Shown here one piece after another: positions 45,444 through 56,303 of a DNA stretch of 64,000 nt (the stretch's first letter is position 1; every line of letters begins with the position of its first letter). The notes under the pieces were generated by a model. The model saw only the letters and a program-made list of their open reading frames with translations. It did not search any database and was not told where the DNA came from. The DNA is from Escherichia coli (GTDB lineage: Bacteria > Pseudomonadota > Gammaproteobacteria > Enterobacterales > Enterobacteriaceae): the NCBI RefSeq assembly GCF_009931435.1, contig NZ_CP043414.1; one strand, 5' to 3'. The translations under genes and the position numbers were made by a program.

Positions 45444-46040
45444 TTGGGAGTATCAAATCGGCTTGCATGGGGATGTCCTACAAAGGAACACCTTCTTCCA
45501 CACCTTCTTCCACACTTTCTGGAACATTTAGGTAACAACCATCTGGATATTGGTGTTGGAACTGGGTTTTACCTTACTCACGTACCTGAGAGTAGTCTGA
45601 TATCTTTAATGGATTTGAACGAAGCTAGCCTGAACGCGGCATCTACAAGGGCTGGGGAATCAAAAATTAAACATAAAATTAGCCATGATGTTTTTGAACC
45701 TTATCCCGCGGCGTTACATGGTCAATTTGATTCCATTTCCATGTCTTACCTTCTTCACTGCCTGCCTGGAAATATATCTACAAAAAGCTGTGTAATACGC
45801 AATGCGGCGCAGGCCTTAACTGACGATGGAACTCTATACGGAGCCACAATTCTTGGCGATGGAGTTGTGCACAATAGCTTCGGTCAAAAACTGATGCGCA
45901 TTTACAATCAGAAAGGCATCTTTTCAAACACAAAAGATTCCGAAGAAGGCTTAACACATATACTCTCAGAGCATTTCGAGAATGTTAAAACCAAGGTTCA
46001 AGGTACTGTAGTAATGTTTTCCGCTTCAGGAAAAAAATAG
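45444..46040 (+). CDS. ybcY: Putative class I SAM-dependent methyltransferase (YbcY-like), possibly N-terminally truncated or a pseudogene
   Basis: 198-aa ORF with glycine-rich motif I (LDIGVGTGFY); the only in-frame start is a TTG, with no upstream ATG or GTG before the stop at 45375. Confidence 0.55.
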   Translation: MGVSNRLAWGCPTKEHLLPHLLPHFLEHLGNNHLDIGVGTGFYLTHVPESSLISLMDLNEASLNAASTRAGESKIKHKISHDVFEPYPAALHGQFDSISMSYLLHCLPGNISTKSCVIRNAAQALTDDGTLYGATILGDGVVHNSFGQKLMRIYNQKGIFSNTKDSEEGLTHILSEHFENVKTKVQGTVVMFSASGKK

Positions 46041-46094
46041 CATCCAACCGCAGCATGTTCTTGCTTAAGACGTGCTGCGGCATAATCCCAATGA

Positions 46095-46679
46095 TTACTC
46101 CCTGACAGGGTTCGTAGGCCACTCAATATCAGGTGCAGTTGATGTATCAACACGGTTCAGCAACACCCGATATTTTTTCCAGGCTTCCAGCAATGAGGTT
46201 TCTTCCTCCGTTGCGATTTCCAGATCTACAGCATCCTGAAGTGGCGCAATATGCTCACTGGCTACCTGCATCAGGCTGTTTTTTGTTTCTTCCGCCTCCC
46301 GAATCCGGAACAGTTTTTCTGCTTCTGCATCTTTCACCCAGGCTGTACCGTTCCACTTCTGAAACTCCCCTTCCGGCGATAACCAGGTAACATTTTCCGG
46401 TAACGGACCGAGTTCAGAAATAAATAACGCGTCCCCTGACGCTACGTCATAAACCGTTTTACCCCGATGATCTTCAACGAGATGCCACGATGACTCATCA
46501 CTGTTGAAAACAGCCACGAAGCCAGCTGGAATATCTGGCGGTGCAATGTCGGTACTGTTTGCTGGCAGACCTGTATGAGGCGGAATATATGCGTCACCTT
46601 CACCAATAAATTCATTAGTTCCGGCCAGCAGATTATAAATTGTTATGGTCCGTGGTTGTTCACTCATTCTGAATGCCAT
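46095..46679 (-). CDS. tfa: Tail fibre assembly protein Tfa
   Basis: 194-aa [56 protein letters not shown]...; start overlaps the stf stop. Confidence 0.9.
   Translation of the reverse strand: MAFRMSEQPRTITIYNLLAGTNEFIGEGDAYIPPHTGLPANSTDIAPPDIPAGFVAVFNSDESSWHLVEDHRGKTVYDVASGDALFISELGPLPENVTWLSPEGEFQKWNGTAWVKDAEAEKLFRIREAEETKNSLMQVASEHIAPLQDAVDLEIATEEETSLLEAWKKYRVLLNRVDTSTAPDIEWPTNPVRE
46119..46260. repeat. Direct repeat copy B of the tfa 3'-end segment (inside the intact tfa)
   Basis: Partner of 45059-45200. Confidence 0.7.
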
Positions 46680-49600
46680 TATGCAAGCCTCACAATATAG
46701 TTAAATGCGATGTTTTTGACGGTGTTTTCCGCGTTACCAGCAGCGTTAACGGTGATGGTGTGTCCATGTGAGCCAATCGCAACCGAGTGCGTATGAGCAC
46801 CAATACCGACAGTATGTGCGTGTGCACCTGCGCTTGCTGCAGTGCCGGACAGTGAGTGGGTATGAGCACCATCTGATGATGTCTTCCCTGCATTACGAGT
46901 CTGGCCACTACCGCTTGTTGTGCTCATAATCCCCGCGCTTGGATTTGAAATCGCGGTATAACCATTAGGGAAAATGCTCGTGTTCGTGCCACCAAATGCA
47001 CCGGAACTCTTGTGTTGGTGCGCACCGGCACTATTTGCGGTCCCGCTAATACTATGGGTATGCGCCCCGGTGTTATTCGTGGATTTGGTTCCGTAATCAA
47101 ACGACGATGTGGTTTTCGTCCCCAAATCCGTACTGGATGCGCTGGCGCTGTGGGTATGCGATTTAATGCCGTCCTGTTCCTGAGACAATACGGCCCGACC
47201 ACTGGCAGGTTTGCCCTTAATCGTCCAGCCACGCATATCAGGGATCACGCCTGACGGATAAGCCGCTGCAAGTTTCGGGTAGGCAGATTTGTCAAAAGCC
47301 TGCCCCTGCATCAGGGCATAGCCAGACGGAACGGTATCTGATGGCCACGGGATTGGTGCGCCGACTGGGTAGCTTTCTGGTGGAAGATTTTTCGAGGTAT
47401 AAACTTCTGCCCAGTCTTCCTCAAAACCATAGCCATCTCTTGAGGAACGGTAGAACAGACCTCCATTTCTGTAATGCGCCTTCATCTGCAGGGTCCGGCA
47501 ACTTCCGACTCCGGTATAGAAGTTAACCAGAATATAGCTGTCGCCAGAGCGGGTGACATTGTAAGCGCCTGATTCGGCATTCCAGGGAACGCCACCATCC
47601 GCATCGGCATATGTATCCGTTGCCCTTCTGGCAAAAGCAGCCACATGCGCGGCGGTTAAAGTAATATCTTTGGAACCATCAAACTCAACACCAGAAACCA
47701 GTCTTGGCGTTTGCAGCTTTGTTGCTGTTAATGCATTACCGTTCAGACTTGCGGACAGTTTGGTTCCAATAATCAGTTCGCCGGTTGCGTTATCAATAGC
47801 AAACGGTCTTAATGTATTCCAGCCACCATAAACATCACCTTGATTGGTAAGCAGCAGGTAAGTTTTAGCGCCATCATTACGCCATAATGCACCATACTCC
47901 CCACCTATCATTCGAATCTGATTACCACCACGCGCTACAATTTCGTCTGTGGCAAAAAGTTTTTTGCACGACAAGTTATCGTTAACGATTAACGAATGAG
48001 ACTCATAAAAACCACGCCCACTCTTAAAATCAAGGATAACGTCCGCCGCGATACATTCAGTCGCCGGATTTGTTGCCCCAAACTTATAGGTCGTATCATT
48101 AACAACGAGATCAGCACCAGGTGCGGATATTGACAGGCCATCTTCGATAAACGCAAAAACAGGGAAAGCAGCGCCATCAACATAGAACACAGAGCGCAAA
48201 TCATCGCCCTTATTACTCATCATTATTGAGTGGATGGCTCGTTCATTGTTTTGATATTGCCAGAACATTCCATAAGCATAACGCCCCCTGTCAGTCCAGC
48301 CACCAGGCATAACAAATCCGTTAAACTCGCAGTTATTCATCGGATCGCCTGCGGTTCGCGTTGCCGTGGTGATAATGACCCTTGATGCCAGTTCGCTTAC
48401 TGAGCCAGCAGAACGCATAACAACAACAGGGTAATATTTTCCAGATGTTGCACCTGCAGGAGCGTTAACCCGCACATAACGCATACCACGCTTATCAGCA
48501 AAGTCTGTTTTACTGACCGCGTTAATGTTGTTCAGGAAGCGTCCCTTATCGGGTATATCAGCGCCGTTCTGGTCTTTCTGCAGACGTTTCTCTGCATTGT
48601 CATAGGCTGATTTTACTGCCTTTGGCGTTGCCGCCAGCGTTTCAGACGTACTGTTGGTCGCACTGCTGAGCTGTACTACCCCCTTTTTCGTCGTGCTCGC
48701 ATCCTCAAGCGCCACGGCGGATGCAATATCCTCTGCCCGTTTTGCCGCTGTCTCGGCGCGCGTTGCCGCGGATTCCGCCGTACTTTTGCTCTGAGCTGCC
48801 GCCGTCGCACTGCCAGCTGCCTCTGTCGCCTTCGTGGATGCCGTCGTGGCGCTGCTCTTCGCTGCTGACGCTTGTCTGGTCGCCTCATCTTTTGAAGCAG
48901 ACGCAGATGATGCCGATGACGCCGCCGAACTGGCTGACGATGCGGCAGCCGTTTTTGAGGATTCTGCGCTGGTTTCCGACGCTTTCGCGTTCGTTTCGGA
49001 TGTCTTCGCTGCGGAAGCAGAACTCGCTGCTGCGCTGGCCTGTTCAGTGGCTTCGCCAGCCTTCGTTGTGGCTGTTGAAGCAGACGATGCGGCACTTTCT
49101 GCCGACTTTCCGGCAGCGGTGGCACTGGCTGAGGCCTGCCCGGCACTTGTTGACGCGGCGCTGGCAGATGATGCAGCCGCTGTTTTTGAGTCTGCTGCTG
49201 CGGAGGCACTCTGTTCCGCTGCCGTCTCAGAAGACTTAGCGTTCGTCTCGGACGTTTTTGCCGCCTTCGCGGAATTTCCTGCCGCCGTTGCCGAGGAAGC
49301 TGCGCTACTGGCGCTCGAGGATGCGTTCGTTTCTGATGATTTCGCTGCCTCTTTTGAGGCCGCCGCATCCCTGGCTGAGGTGGCAGCTTCTGACGCTTTC
49401 CTGGTCGCGGTGGATGCAGAAGTGGCTGCTGATTGTTGTGACGCTGCGGCATTCGTTTCTGACGTTTTCGCCGCACCGGCACTGGTGGCCGCCGCGCTTT
49501 TTGAGGACTCTGCAGCGGCAGCACTTTTTTCCGCTTCAGTGGCCTTTGCTGATGCCGTTCCTGCGCTGGAAGATGCTGACTGAGCCGACGACGCGGCCTG

Positions 49601-50086
49601 TCCGGCTGACGTGCTGGCTGCGCGTGCTGAGCCTGCAGCATCAGTCGCATGGGTTGCCGCCTCACTGGCAGATGTGCTGGCATCGCCGGCTGACTTCTTC
49701 GCGGCTGCCGTGTTTTGTGCCACCGCGGACGCGTTACGCGCCACCTCTTCCACCATCAGTTCAAAACGGCGCAGAGCCTCCGGACGGGCATCATCCTCCG
49801 TCATGGCACCGAGAAAATCATTCAGCGTACCGGGTCGGGAATCTTCATACACGGTGATGGTCCCGGCATGTGACGGCGGGAATCCTTCCACCAACAGAAT
49901 AACGCTGTACTGACCGTACTCAACGTCCATGCTGTAACGCCCGGCTTCATCCGGATTTTCTGAGGCCAGCGTGTTCACCACCACCGCGGTGCTGTTACGT
50001 TTTGCTTTCAGCTGGATTGTGCAGTTCTGTACCGGTTTTCCTGTGCCGTCTTTCAGTACACCTGAAATCTTTACTGCCATATTCAC
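46679..50086 (-). CDS. stf: Side tail fibre protein Stf (lambda Stf / StfR-like)
   Basis: 1135-aa [40 protein letters not shown]...; long Ala/Ser/Thr-rich repetitive shaft; C-terminal His-rich GAHTHS-type motifs and ...[13 protein letters not shown]. Confidence 0.9.
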   Translation of the reverse strand: MNMAVKISGVLKDGTGKPVQNCTIQLKAKRNSTAVVVNTLASENPDEAGRYSMDVEYGQYSVILLVEGFPPSHAGTITVYEDSRPGTLNDFLGAMTEDDARPEALRRFELMVEEVARNASAVAQNTAAAKKSAGDASTSASEAATHATDAAGSARAASTSAGQAASSAQSASSSAGTASAKATEAEKSAAAAESSKSAAATSAGAAKTSETNAAASQQSAATSASTATRKASEAATSARDAAASKEAAKSSETNASSSASSAASSATAAGNSAKAAKTSETNAKSSETAAEQSASAAADSKTAAASSASAASTSAGQASASATAAGKSAESAASSASTATTKAGEATEQASAAASSASAAKTSETNAKASETSAESSKTAAASSASSAASSASSASASKDEATRQASAAKSSATTASTKATEAAGSATAAAQSKSTAESAATRAETAAKRAEDIASAVALEDASTTKKGVVQLSSATNSTSETLAATPKAVKSAYDNAEKRLQKDQNGADIPDKGRFLNNINAVSKTDFADKRGMRYVRVNAPAGATSGKYYPVVVMRSAGSVSELASRVIITTATRTAGDPMNNCEFNGFVMPGGWTDRGRYAYGMFWQYQNNERAIHSIMMSNKGDDLRSVFYVDGAAFPVFAFIEDGLSISAPGADLVVNDTTYKFGATNPATECIAADVILDFKSGRGFYESHSLIVNDNLSCKKLFATDEIVARGGNQIRMIGGEYGALWRNDGAKTYLLLTNQGDVYGGWNTLRPFAIDNATGELIIGTKLSASLNGNALTATKLQTPRLVSGVEFDGSKDITLTAAHVAAFARRATDTYADADGGVPWNAESGAYNVTRSGDSYILVNFYTGVGSCRTLQMKAHYRNGGLFYRSSRDGYGFEEDWAEVYTSKNLPPESYPVGAPIPWPSDTVPSGYALMQGQAFDKSAYPKLAAAYPSGVIPDMRGWTIKGKPASGRAVLSQEQDGIKSHTHSASASSTDLGTKTTSSFDYGTKSTNNTGAHTHSISGTANSAGAHQHKSSGAFGGTNTSIFPNGYTAISNPSAGIMSTTSGSGQTRNAGKTSSDGAHTHSLSGTAASAGAHAHTVGIGAHTHSVAIGSHGHTITVNAAGNAENTVKNIAFNYIVRLA

Positions 50087-50096
50087 CCCACAAAAA

Positions 50097-50118
50097 AGCC
50101 CGCCTGAACAGGCGGGCT
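50097..50118 (-). terminator. Intrinsic terminator hairpin between lom and stf
   Basis: agcccgcct / aggcgggct stem with a 4-nt loop, preceded on the plus strand by aaaaaa (a U-tract on the minus-strand transcript). Confidence 0.6.
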
Positions 50119-50144
50119 GTCATAACACTGTGTTACCTGGCTAA

Positions 50145-50744
50145 TCAGAACTTATAACCGACACCCACGATGAAACCGTCAGTGCGCCAGTCGCCACTGC
50201 CGGAGCCTTCATAAGCAATATCAATGGCCACGGATTCGGTCGGGTTAAACTACACGCCAGCTCCCCACGCCAGAGACGTGTTGCTGTGGCGACCGTCATC
50301 ACTTCCGGTCAGCACGTCGTGCGTTTTCCCCTTGTTGTCAGTTACGCGGAGATAATCCCCGGAGAAAGTCGACACACGGCTGTAAGCCATACCCGCCATC
50401 GCATACGCGCTGAACCATTCATTCACGCGCACAGACGGCCCCACCATCACGCTGAACCAGCGGTTACGCACGGAATCTTCATGCCAGCGGGTATTGCTGT
50501 AACGGGTAAGCTGGCGATTCTTGTCTCCTGCATAGCTGAATGACGTCACCAGCCCCAGTGTGTCCGTAAACTCATAACGGTATTTCACGTTAATCCCGTT
50601 AAGATCATCGCTGCCGGGAACGTTCGTCGAGGCATGAAGATACCCCGCGCTCAGCGTGGACTGATGTTCAGATGCCCATGCAGGCGCACCGGATACGGTC
50701 AGACAAATGGCTGCGGACAAAATGGCGGCATAAAGTTTACGCAT
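50145..50744 (-). pseudogene. lom: Lom-like outer membrane protein gene interrupted by an in-frame amber codon
   Basis: 164-aa ORF MRKLYAAILSAAICLTVSGAPAWASEHQSTLSAGY... stops at TAG (50252-50250); the same frame continues FNPTESVAIDIAYEGSGSGDWRTDGFIVGVGYKF to a TGA at 50147-50145, with Q expected at the TAG position. Confidence 0.75.
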
Positions 50745-50813
50745 AATTACCTCTCGCTTTTCTGCAATAAAAAAGGCACCATTTCTGGTGCCCTTATATG
50801 GGTTATAACAATT

Positions 50814-53800
50814 TCAACGAATACTGATGCCGGAAGCGGCTTTTTTGGTCACAATCACCGTACAGTCGGTGATATTACCTGCCCACTGATTGCCTTTATG
50901 GAAAACCTTAAACTCCAGAGTGACGCTTCCCCTGCCACTCGGCATATCAATAACCGCACTGTAGCTACCGGGAATGGCCCCTTTAGTTTCTCTGGATGCG
51001 ATTAATACACCGTTTTTGCGAACTTCAAAACCATAACCCGTGTATCTTGTACCTCCCGGGTTATTACCACTTCCCGGATCGCTATACGCTATTCCGTTAA
51101 AGATAATGGGCGGAATAATGATTTGACGGTCAAAGTTATGATCATCGCTGATGGTGACTGTAACCGTCCCGTTTGGTGTTTCCGTGTTACCCCACGTACC
51201 AGCCTGTTTCGGAAATGATTTGGATACAGCTTTAACGAAGTCACCTCTGACCTGAGTCGCCTCCAGCATGCCCTTAATTGTACAGTTTTCATTTACCGTG
51301 ACATTGTTGAGCGTCCCGGCGTTCGCATTCACACTGCCACTGATATCCGCATTTTTAGCGGTCAGCTTTCCGTCTGATGTCAGGGAAAATACCGGTGGAT
51401 TTCCACCGCTGGTAATGGTGGGGGCCGTCAGGCGCTTCAGGAACACGTCGTTCATGAATATCTGGTTGCCCTGCGCCACAAACATCGGCGTTTCATTCCC
51501 GTTTGCCGGGTCAATAAACGCGATACGATTGGCGGCAACCAGAAACTGGCTCAGCTTGCCTTCCTCCGTGTCCTCCATGCTGAGGCCAATACCCGCGACA
51601 TAATGTTTGCCGTCTTTGGTCTGCTCAATTTTGACGCCCCACATCGCATTCCATTTATCGTTAGCGTCCTTCCACTCTTTCGAAAACTCATCCAGTCTGC
51701 TGGCGTTATCCTCCGTCAGATCAACTTTTTCCAGCAGCTCTTTACCGAGATGGGATTCGGTTATCTTGCCTTTGAAAAAATCCAGGTAACCTTCCGCATC
51801 ATCGCTCGCCCGACCAACAGCCTCCACGAATGCCGATTTGCCAACGGTGTTCACACTGCGAACGTAAAAATAATAATCATGGCCCGGTTTGATATTGATA
51901 CTGGCGGCTATCCAGTACAGTGCCGTACCAAGATAACGCGCGCTGGTTTCAACCTGCCTGATATCCGCAATCCGTTTTTCCGAGAACCAGAACTCAAACT
52001 GTACCGTCGGGTCATAAACCGCAAGATGCGGCGTGGCGGTTATCTGAAAATAGCCCGGCGTCAGCTCAATCCGCGACGGCGCTGCCGGTGCGGCAATCCG
52101 GAACGATACCGACGCCGGATCGCCCTGCTGTCCCCACGCATTTACCGCCCGGACTGTCAGCGTGTACCGTCCCAGCGCCAGTTGCGTGAAGCGGTATGTG
52201 GTTTCCGTCGTCCGGGCCGTGCTGACCAGCCGCTCACTGCCGTCATCCGCTGTTACGGTCAGACGGAGCAGGAAGCTCACGCCCTTCACCACCTTCGGCG
52301 TGTCCCAGCGCGCCAGCACCTGATATTCCCCGCTGTCTGCGGTGACTTCGGCAGTCAGGTGCTGCACCGCTGGCGGCGTGACACCATTCACCGTGCCGCT
52401 CTGGTCGCCGTCAAAGTGCGCCCCGTTATCCACGATGGCTTCTTTTTCCGGTACATGCTGCACGGCGGTGATGGCATACGTGCCGTCGTCGTTCTCACGG
52501 ATACTCACGCAGCGGAACAGGCGCTGGCGCAGCGTCGGCAGCTTCAGCCCCCACACGCTGTATTCAGCAACGCCGTCAGGAACACGGCTCACTTTCACCT
52601 TCACGCCGTCGGTGACGGACTGAACCTCCACGCTGACCGGATTGCCACTTCCGTCAACCAGGCTTATCAGCGTGGTACCGGAGGATGGCAGCGTGATTTC
52701 ACGGTCGAGCGTCAGCGTCCGGGTCTGGCTGTTTACCGCCAGCACGCGCCCGCCGGTGCTGATACCGGCATAGTCATCATCACAGATTTCAATGACATCG
52801 CCCGGCACATGGCGAAGCCCTTCTGCGCCCACGCTGAAGTCCACGGTCTGCGTTTCCAGCAGTTCTGTTTTAATCAGCCATAGCCCGGCGCGATGTGCCT
52901 GCCCCCGGCTGGTACAGCCAAAGGCATCCATCTTCGTGACGTTACGACCGTAACGGGCAATGGCCTGCGTGTCCTCCACAAGCTCTGTCGCCGTCTCCCA
53001 GCCGTTATTCGGGTCAATCCAGTTCACCTCAACGGCATTATGGCGGTCCTTCAGGGCGCTGAAGCTGTAGCGGAACGGCGCGCCATCATCCGGCATCACC
53101 ACATTACTGCGGTTATAGGTCCACACCTTATCCGATGGTCGGTCCTGCACGAACGTCAGCGTCTGCCCGTTCCATACCGGCATACAGCGCATCGCCGAGC
53201 AGAAATCACTGAGCACATCCCACGCCTTGCGCTGTGTGGTCAGGTACGCATTACAGGTGATGCGCGGCTCCGTGCCGCCAAAGCCGTCCGGCACTGACTG
53301 GTCGCAGTACTGGCCGATGACATACAGCGCCCATTTATCCACATCCGCCGCACCAAGACGTTTCCCCATGCCGTAGCGCGGATGGGTCAGCATATCCCAC
53401 AGACACCAGGCCATGTTGTTGCTGTATGCCGGTTTAAACGTTCCGTCCCAGATACCGCTGTATTGCCGCGTCTGCGGGTTATAGTTCGACGGCACCTGCA
53501 GAATGCGCCCGCGCAGATGATAATTACGGCTCACCTGCTGGCTGCCGAACTGCTCCGAATCCACCTGCACGCCGACCAGTGCCGTGTTCGGGTAGCCCTG
53601 TTTCACATCGATGATTTCGGTGTATGACGACCAGAGCGTTTTGTTCTGCAGCTGGTCTGTGGTGCTGTCCGGCGTCATCCTGCGCATCCGGATATTGAAC
53701 GGGCGCGGCGGCAGGTTACCCACCACCACCGAGGCCAGATACTGCGAGGTGGTTTTGCCCTTAATGGTGATGTCTTTTTCCGTCACCCAGCCACCATTAC

Positions 53801-54227
53801 GCTGGATCTGAACCAGCAGGCGGACTTCCGACGGATTCCTGTCCCCCTTTGAGGTGGTTTCCACCAGTGCCTGCACGCCGAAGGTAAAACGCAGTCGGTC
53901 AATGTTTGCCGACGTGATGGTCCGGGTGATCGGCGTGTCGTATTTCACTTCCGTACCCAGCACCGTCTCGGAGCCGGAGGATTCAAATCCCTCCGGCGGT
54001 GTCTGCTCCTGCTCACCGGCCCGGAACACCACCGTGACGCCGGAGATATTGGTATTCCCCTCACTGTCCAGCACTGGCGTACTGTTCAGCAGCACGCTTT
54101 TTAATCCATCCACCGGACCTTCAACCGGCCCTTCGCTGATGGCATCGATCACACTCAGCAACTGCGTGGACTTCAGGTTGTCCTTCGCTTCGCGCGGAGT
54201 ATGCCCCTTACTGCTGCCTTTACCCAT
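50814..54227 (-). CDS. J: Tail tip / host specificity protein J
   Basis: 1137-aa [57 protein letters not shown]..., lambda J-like over most of its length with a diverged C-terminus. Confidence 0.93.
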   Translation of the reverse strand: MGKGSSKGHTPREAKDNLKSTQLLSVIDAISEGPVEGPVDGLKSVLLNSTPVLDSEGNTNISGVTVVFRAGEQEQTPPEGFESSGSETVLGTEVKYDTPITRTITSANIDRLRFTFGVQALVETTSKGDRNPSEVRLLVQIQRNGGWVTEKDITIKGKTTSQYLASVVVGNLPPRPFNIRMRRMTPDSTTDQLQNKTLWSSYTEIIDVKQGYPNTALVGVQVDSEQFGSQQVSRNYHLRGRILQVPSNYNPQTRQYSGIWDGTFKPAYSNNMAWCLWDMLTHPRYGMGKRLGAADVDKWALYVIGQYCDQSVPDGFGGTEPRITCNAYLTTQRKAWDVLSDFCSAMRCMPVWNGQTLTFVQDRPSDKVWTYNRSNVVMPDDGAPFRYSFSALKDRHNAVEVNWIDPNNGWETATELVEDTQAIARYGRNVTKMDAFGCTSRGQAHRAGLWLIKTELLETQTVDFSVGAEGLRHVPGDVIEICDDDYAGISTGGRVLAVNSQTRTLTLDREITLPSSGTTLISLVDGSGNPVSVEVQSVTDGVKVKVSRVPDGVAEYSVWGLKLPTLRQRLFRCVSIRENDDGTYAITAVQHVPEKEAIVDNGAHFDGDQSGTVNGVTPPAVQHLTAEVTADSGEYQVLARWDTPKVVKGVSFLLRLTVTADDGSERLVSTARTTETTYRFTQLALGRYTLTVRAVNAWGQQGDPASVSFRIAAPAAPSRIELTPGYFQITATPHLAVYDPTVQFEFWFSEKRIADIRQVETSARYLGTALYWIAASINIKPGHDYYFYVRSVNTVGKSAFVEAVGRASDDAEGYLDFFKGKITESHLGKELLEKVDLTEDNASRLDEFSKEWKDANDKWNAMWGVKIEQTKDGKHYVAGIGLSMEDTEEGKLSQFLVAANRIAFIDPANGNETPMFVAQGNQIFMNDVFLKRLTAPTITSGGNPPVFSLTSDGKLTAKNADISGSVNANAGTLNNVTVNENCTIKGMLEATQVRGDFVKAVSKSFPKQAGTWGNTETPNGTVTVTISDDHNFDRQIIIPPIIFNGIAYSDPGSGNNPGGTRYTGYGFEVRKNGVLIASRETKGAIPGSYSAVIDMPSGRGSVTLEFKVFHKGNQWAGNITDCTVIVTKKAASGISIR

Positions 54228-54286
54228 TCCTCACGCTCCATAAACGACAAAACCGCCCGGAGGCGGTTTCACATAAACGTTTTTCA

Positions 54287-54958
54287 TCAGCGACCAATCA
54301 CCACAACCTGACCACCATCCCCTTCGTCTGCCGTGCTGATCTCCTGAGAGACCACCCGCGACCCCACGCGCATTTCACCGTACAGAACCGGCAGAACATT
54401 GCCCTGGGCAACCATGTTATCCAGTGAGGAGAAATAGGTGTTCTGTTTGCCGTTATCCGTTGTCTGTGTACGGGGAGTTCTGGCTTTCGGTGCCAGCATC
54501 TGCGCCACACCACCGAGCACCATACTGGCACCGAGAGAAAACAGGATGCCGGTCATACCACCGGCCCCAATGGCTGCCCCCCATGCTGCAAGGGTGGCCC
54601 CGGCGGTAAAGAATGATCCGGCAATGGCGGCAGCCCCCAGGACAATCTGGAATACGCCACCTGACTTGGCCCCGGCGACTCTGGGAACAATATGAATCAC
54701 AGCGCCATCAGGTAGAGTCTCATGTAACTGCGCCGTTAATCCGGACGTGCTGACATCCTGCCCGGCAATCCGTACCTGATACCAGCCGTCGCTCAGTTTC
54801 TGACGAAACGCCGGGAGCTGTGTGGCCAGCGCCCGAATGGCTTCAGCCCCCGTTTTCACACGAAGGTCGATGCGGCGGCCAAATCGTTGCAAATCCCCGT
54901 AAAGGCAGATGCGCGCCATGCCCGGTGACGCCAGAGGGAGTGTGTGCGTCGCTGCCAT
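54287..54958 (-). CDS. I: Tail tip assembly protein I
   Basis: 223-aa ORF MAATHTLPLASPGMARICLYGDLQRFGRRIDLRV... (lambda gpI-like). Confidence 0.9.
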   Translation of the reverse strand: MAATHTLPLASPGMARICLYGDLQRFGRRIDLRVKTGAEAIRALATQLPAFRQKLSDGWYQVRIAGQDVSTSGLTAQLHETLPDGAVIHIVPRVAGAKSGGVFQIVLGAAAIAGSFFTAGATLAAWGAAIGAGGMTGILFSLGASMVLGGVAQMLAPKARTPRTQTTDNGKQNTYFSSLDNMVAQGNVLPVLYGEMRVGSRVVSQEISTADEGDGGQVVVIGR

Positions 54959-55599
54959 TTGTCGGTATACCTCTCTCGTTTGCTCAGTTGTTCAGGAATA
55001 TGGTGCAGCAGCTCGCCATCACCACAGTAAATGGCGGCATGATTCGGCACCGATGAACCAAAACAGCACAGCAGCACATCGCCCGGTTGTGCTGATGACA
55101 ACGGCACCTGATACAGCCCTGTGGCCTCCAGATTATCCAGATAGAGATTCTGACCGTGACGCCACCAGTCATCCTCGCGATGAAAATCCGGCATCTCAAT
55201 CCCCGCCAGATGATAAGCATCCCGGAATAGCGTGTAACAGTCCGTCACCCCGTGTTCAAAGCGCCGCCCGGTGAGATGCGGCACACAGCGGAACTTATGA
55301 ATCGTCCCCCGGCAGACCAGCCACCACGGCAAATCACTCTGCACCTGCAGCCGCCGGTCAGCCTCACTCAGCCAGGGCAGACCACCGGGGTGGCTGTGGA
55401 CCAGCGCCACAATCTCACCCTGCATCTCTGCCCGCAGCCAGTCCTCCGGCGACATCCGGAAATACTCCTCCGGCTCACCGGAGATATTCACGCAGGGAAA
55501 ATATCTTTCCCCTTCCGGCGTTCTCACCACGAAGCCGCACGACTCCGCTGGCGCACATCGCCGGGCGTGCGCCAGAATCGCTGATTCTGTCTCTGTCAT
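54856..55599 (-). CDS. K: Tail tip assembly protein K (JAMM/MPN plus NlpC/P60 domains); 3' boundary relative to lambda K uncertain
   Basis: 247-aa ORF MTETESAILAHARRCAPAESCGFVV... with HSHP motif; starts 5 nt after the L stop and overlaps I by 103 nt. Confidence 0.8.
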   Translation of the reverse strand: MTETESAILAHARRCAPAESCGFVVRTPEGERYFPCVNISGEPEEYFRMSPEDWLRAEMQGEIVALVHSHPGGLPWLSEADRRLQVQSDLPWWLVCRGTIHKFRCVPHLTGRRFEHGVTDCYTLFRDAYHLAGIEMPDFHREDDWWRHGQNLYLDNLEATGLYQVPLSSAQPGDVLLCCFGSSVPNHAAIYCGDGELLHHIPEQLSKRERYTDKWQRRTHSLWRHRAWRASAFTGICNDLAAASTFV

Positions 55600-55604
55600 G
55601 GGAT

Positions 55605-56303
55605 TTACTGCGAAAGTTTGTTAATGGAAAGGAAGCCGCCAAAGTTGCCGACATTATTGCGGAACTTACAGCCACTCAGGCATTTGCTGCATTTATCCTT
55701 CGTGATATCGGACGTCGGCTGATCATATTCATCCGCGACAGCCGGACCTTGATAACCGCACTCATCACCGCGATAGGTCCAGGTGCAGGTATTAGCCAGC
55801 ATGATGCGCCCCGGAAAAACGGCACCATCCGTTTCCGTCGGTGTGGACAACACAAAGGAGGCACTGACCGCACTCAGTTCGCTGCACTGCTCGATGCGCC
55901 AGCGGCTGATCACCTCCTGCTCCGGATCGGCGTCGCTGTTTCCGTTGACGAAGTTCACCGCATCCAGAAAACGGGCGTAAACCTTACGCCTGACCACCGT
56001 TCCGCCGACCAGACTCTGCAGGTCTTCCGCCATCCCCGTGACCATGCCGTGCAGGTTAGAAACCGTCAGTATCGGACGGGCAGCACTGCCCTTGCCGTTC
56101 AGTTCAAATCCCGTCCCCTGAATGGGGTATGCCTGATACTGCCGCCCCTGCCAGGTAACCGGCTCACCTTTTTCGTTTTGCTCATTACAGAAAAAATAAC
56201 GTTCTCCACCGACCTCTGTCAGGTCGATTTCCCAGAGCACCACGCTGGCCGACTGCTCCGCACGGGTGCATTCATTCAGTGTTTCCTGCCGGATATCCTG
56301 CAT
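55605..56303 (-). CDS. L: Tail tip assembly protein L
   Basis: 232-aa ORF MQDIRQETLNECTRAEQSASVVLWEIDLTEVGGERYFFCNEQ... Confidence 0.9.
   Translation of the reverse strand: MQDIRQETLNECTRAEQSASVVLWEIDLTEVGGERYFFCNEQNEKGEPVTWQGRQYQAYPIQGTGFELNGKGSAARPILTVSNLHGMVTGMAEDLQSLVGGTVVRRKVYARFLDAVNFVNGNSDADPEQEVISRWRIEQCSELSAVSASFVLSTPTETDGAVFPGRIMLANTCTWTYRGDECGYQGPAVADEYDQPTSDITKDKCSKCLSGCKFRNNVGNFGGFLSINKLSQ

Noticed and set aside
45059-46260. Possible invertible tail-fibre switch (Gin/Pin/Min type)
   Set aside because: The two tfa 3' segments are in direct, not inverted, orientation and there is no recombinase or invertase ORF nearby; it looks like a recombination scar rather than an active switch.
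48676-49683. 335-aa Pro/Arg/Gln-rich minus-strand ORF and 172-249-aa plus-strand Ala/Asp-rich ORFs within stf
   Set aside because: Alternative-frame and antisense readings of the Ala/Ser codon repeats of the tail fibre shaft; the composition is driven by the repeat and there are no independent start signals.
51603-52883. 426-aa plus-strand ORF antisense to J
   Set aside because: Entirely inside the J coding region on the opposite strand; Arg-rich with no recognisable motifs.
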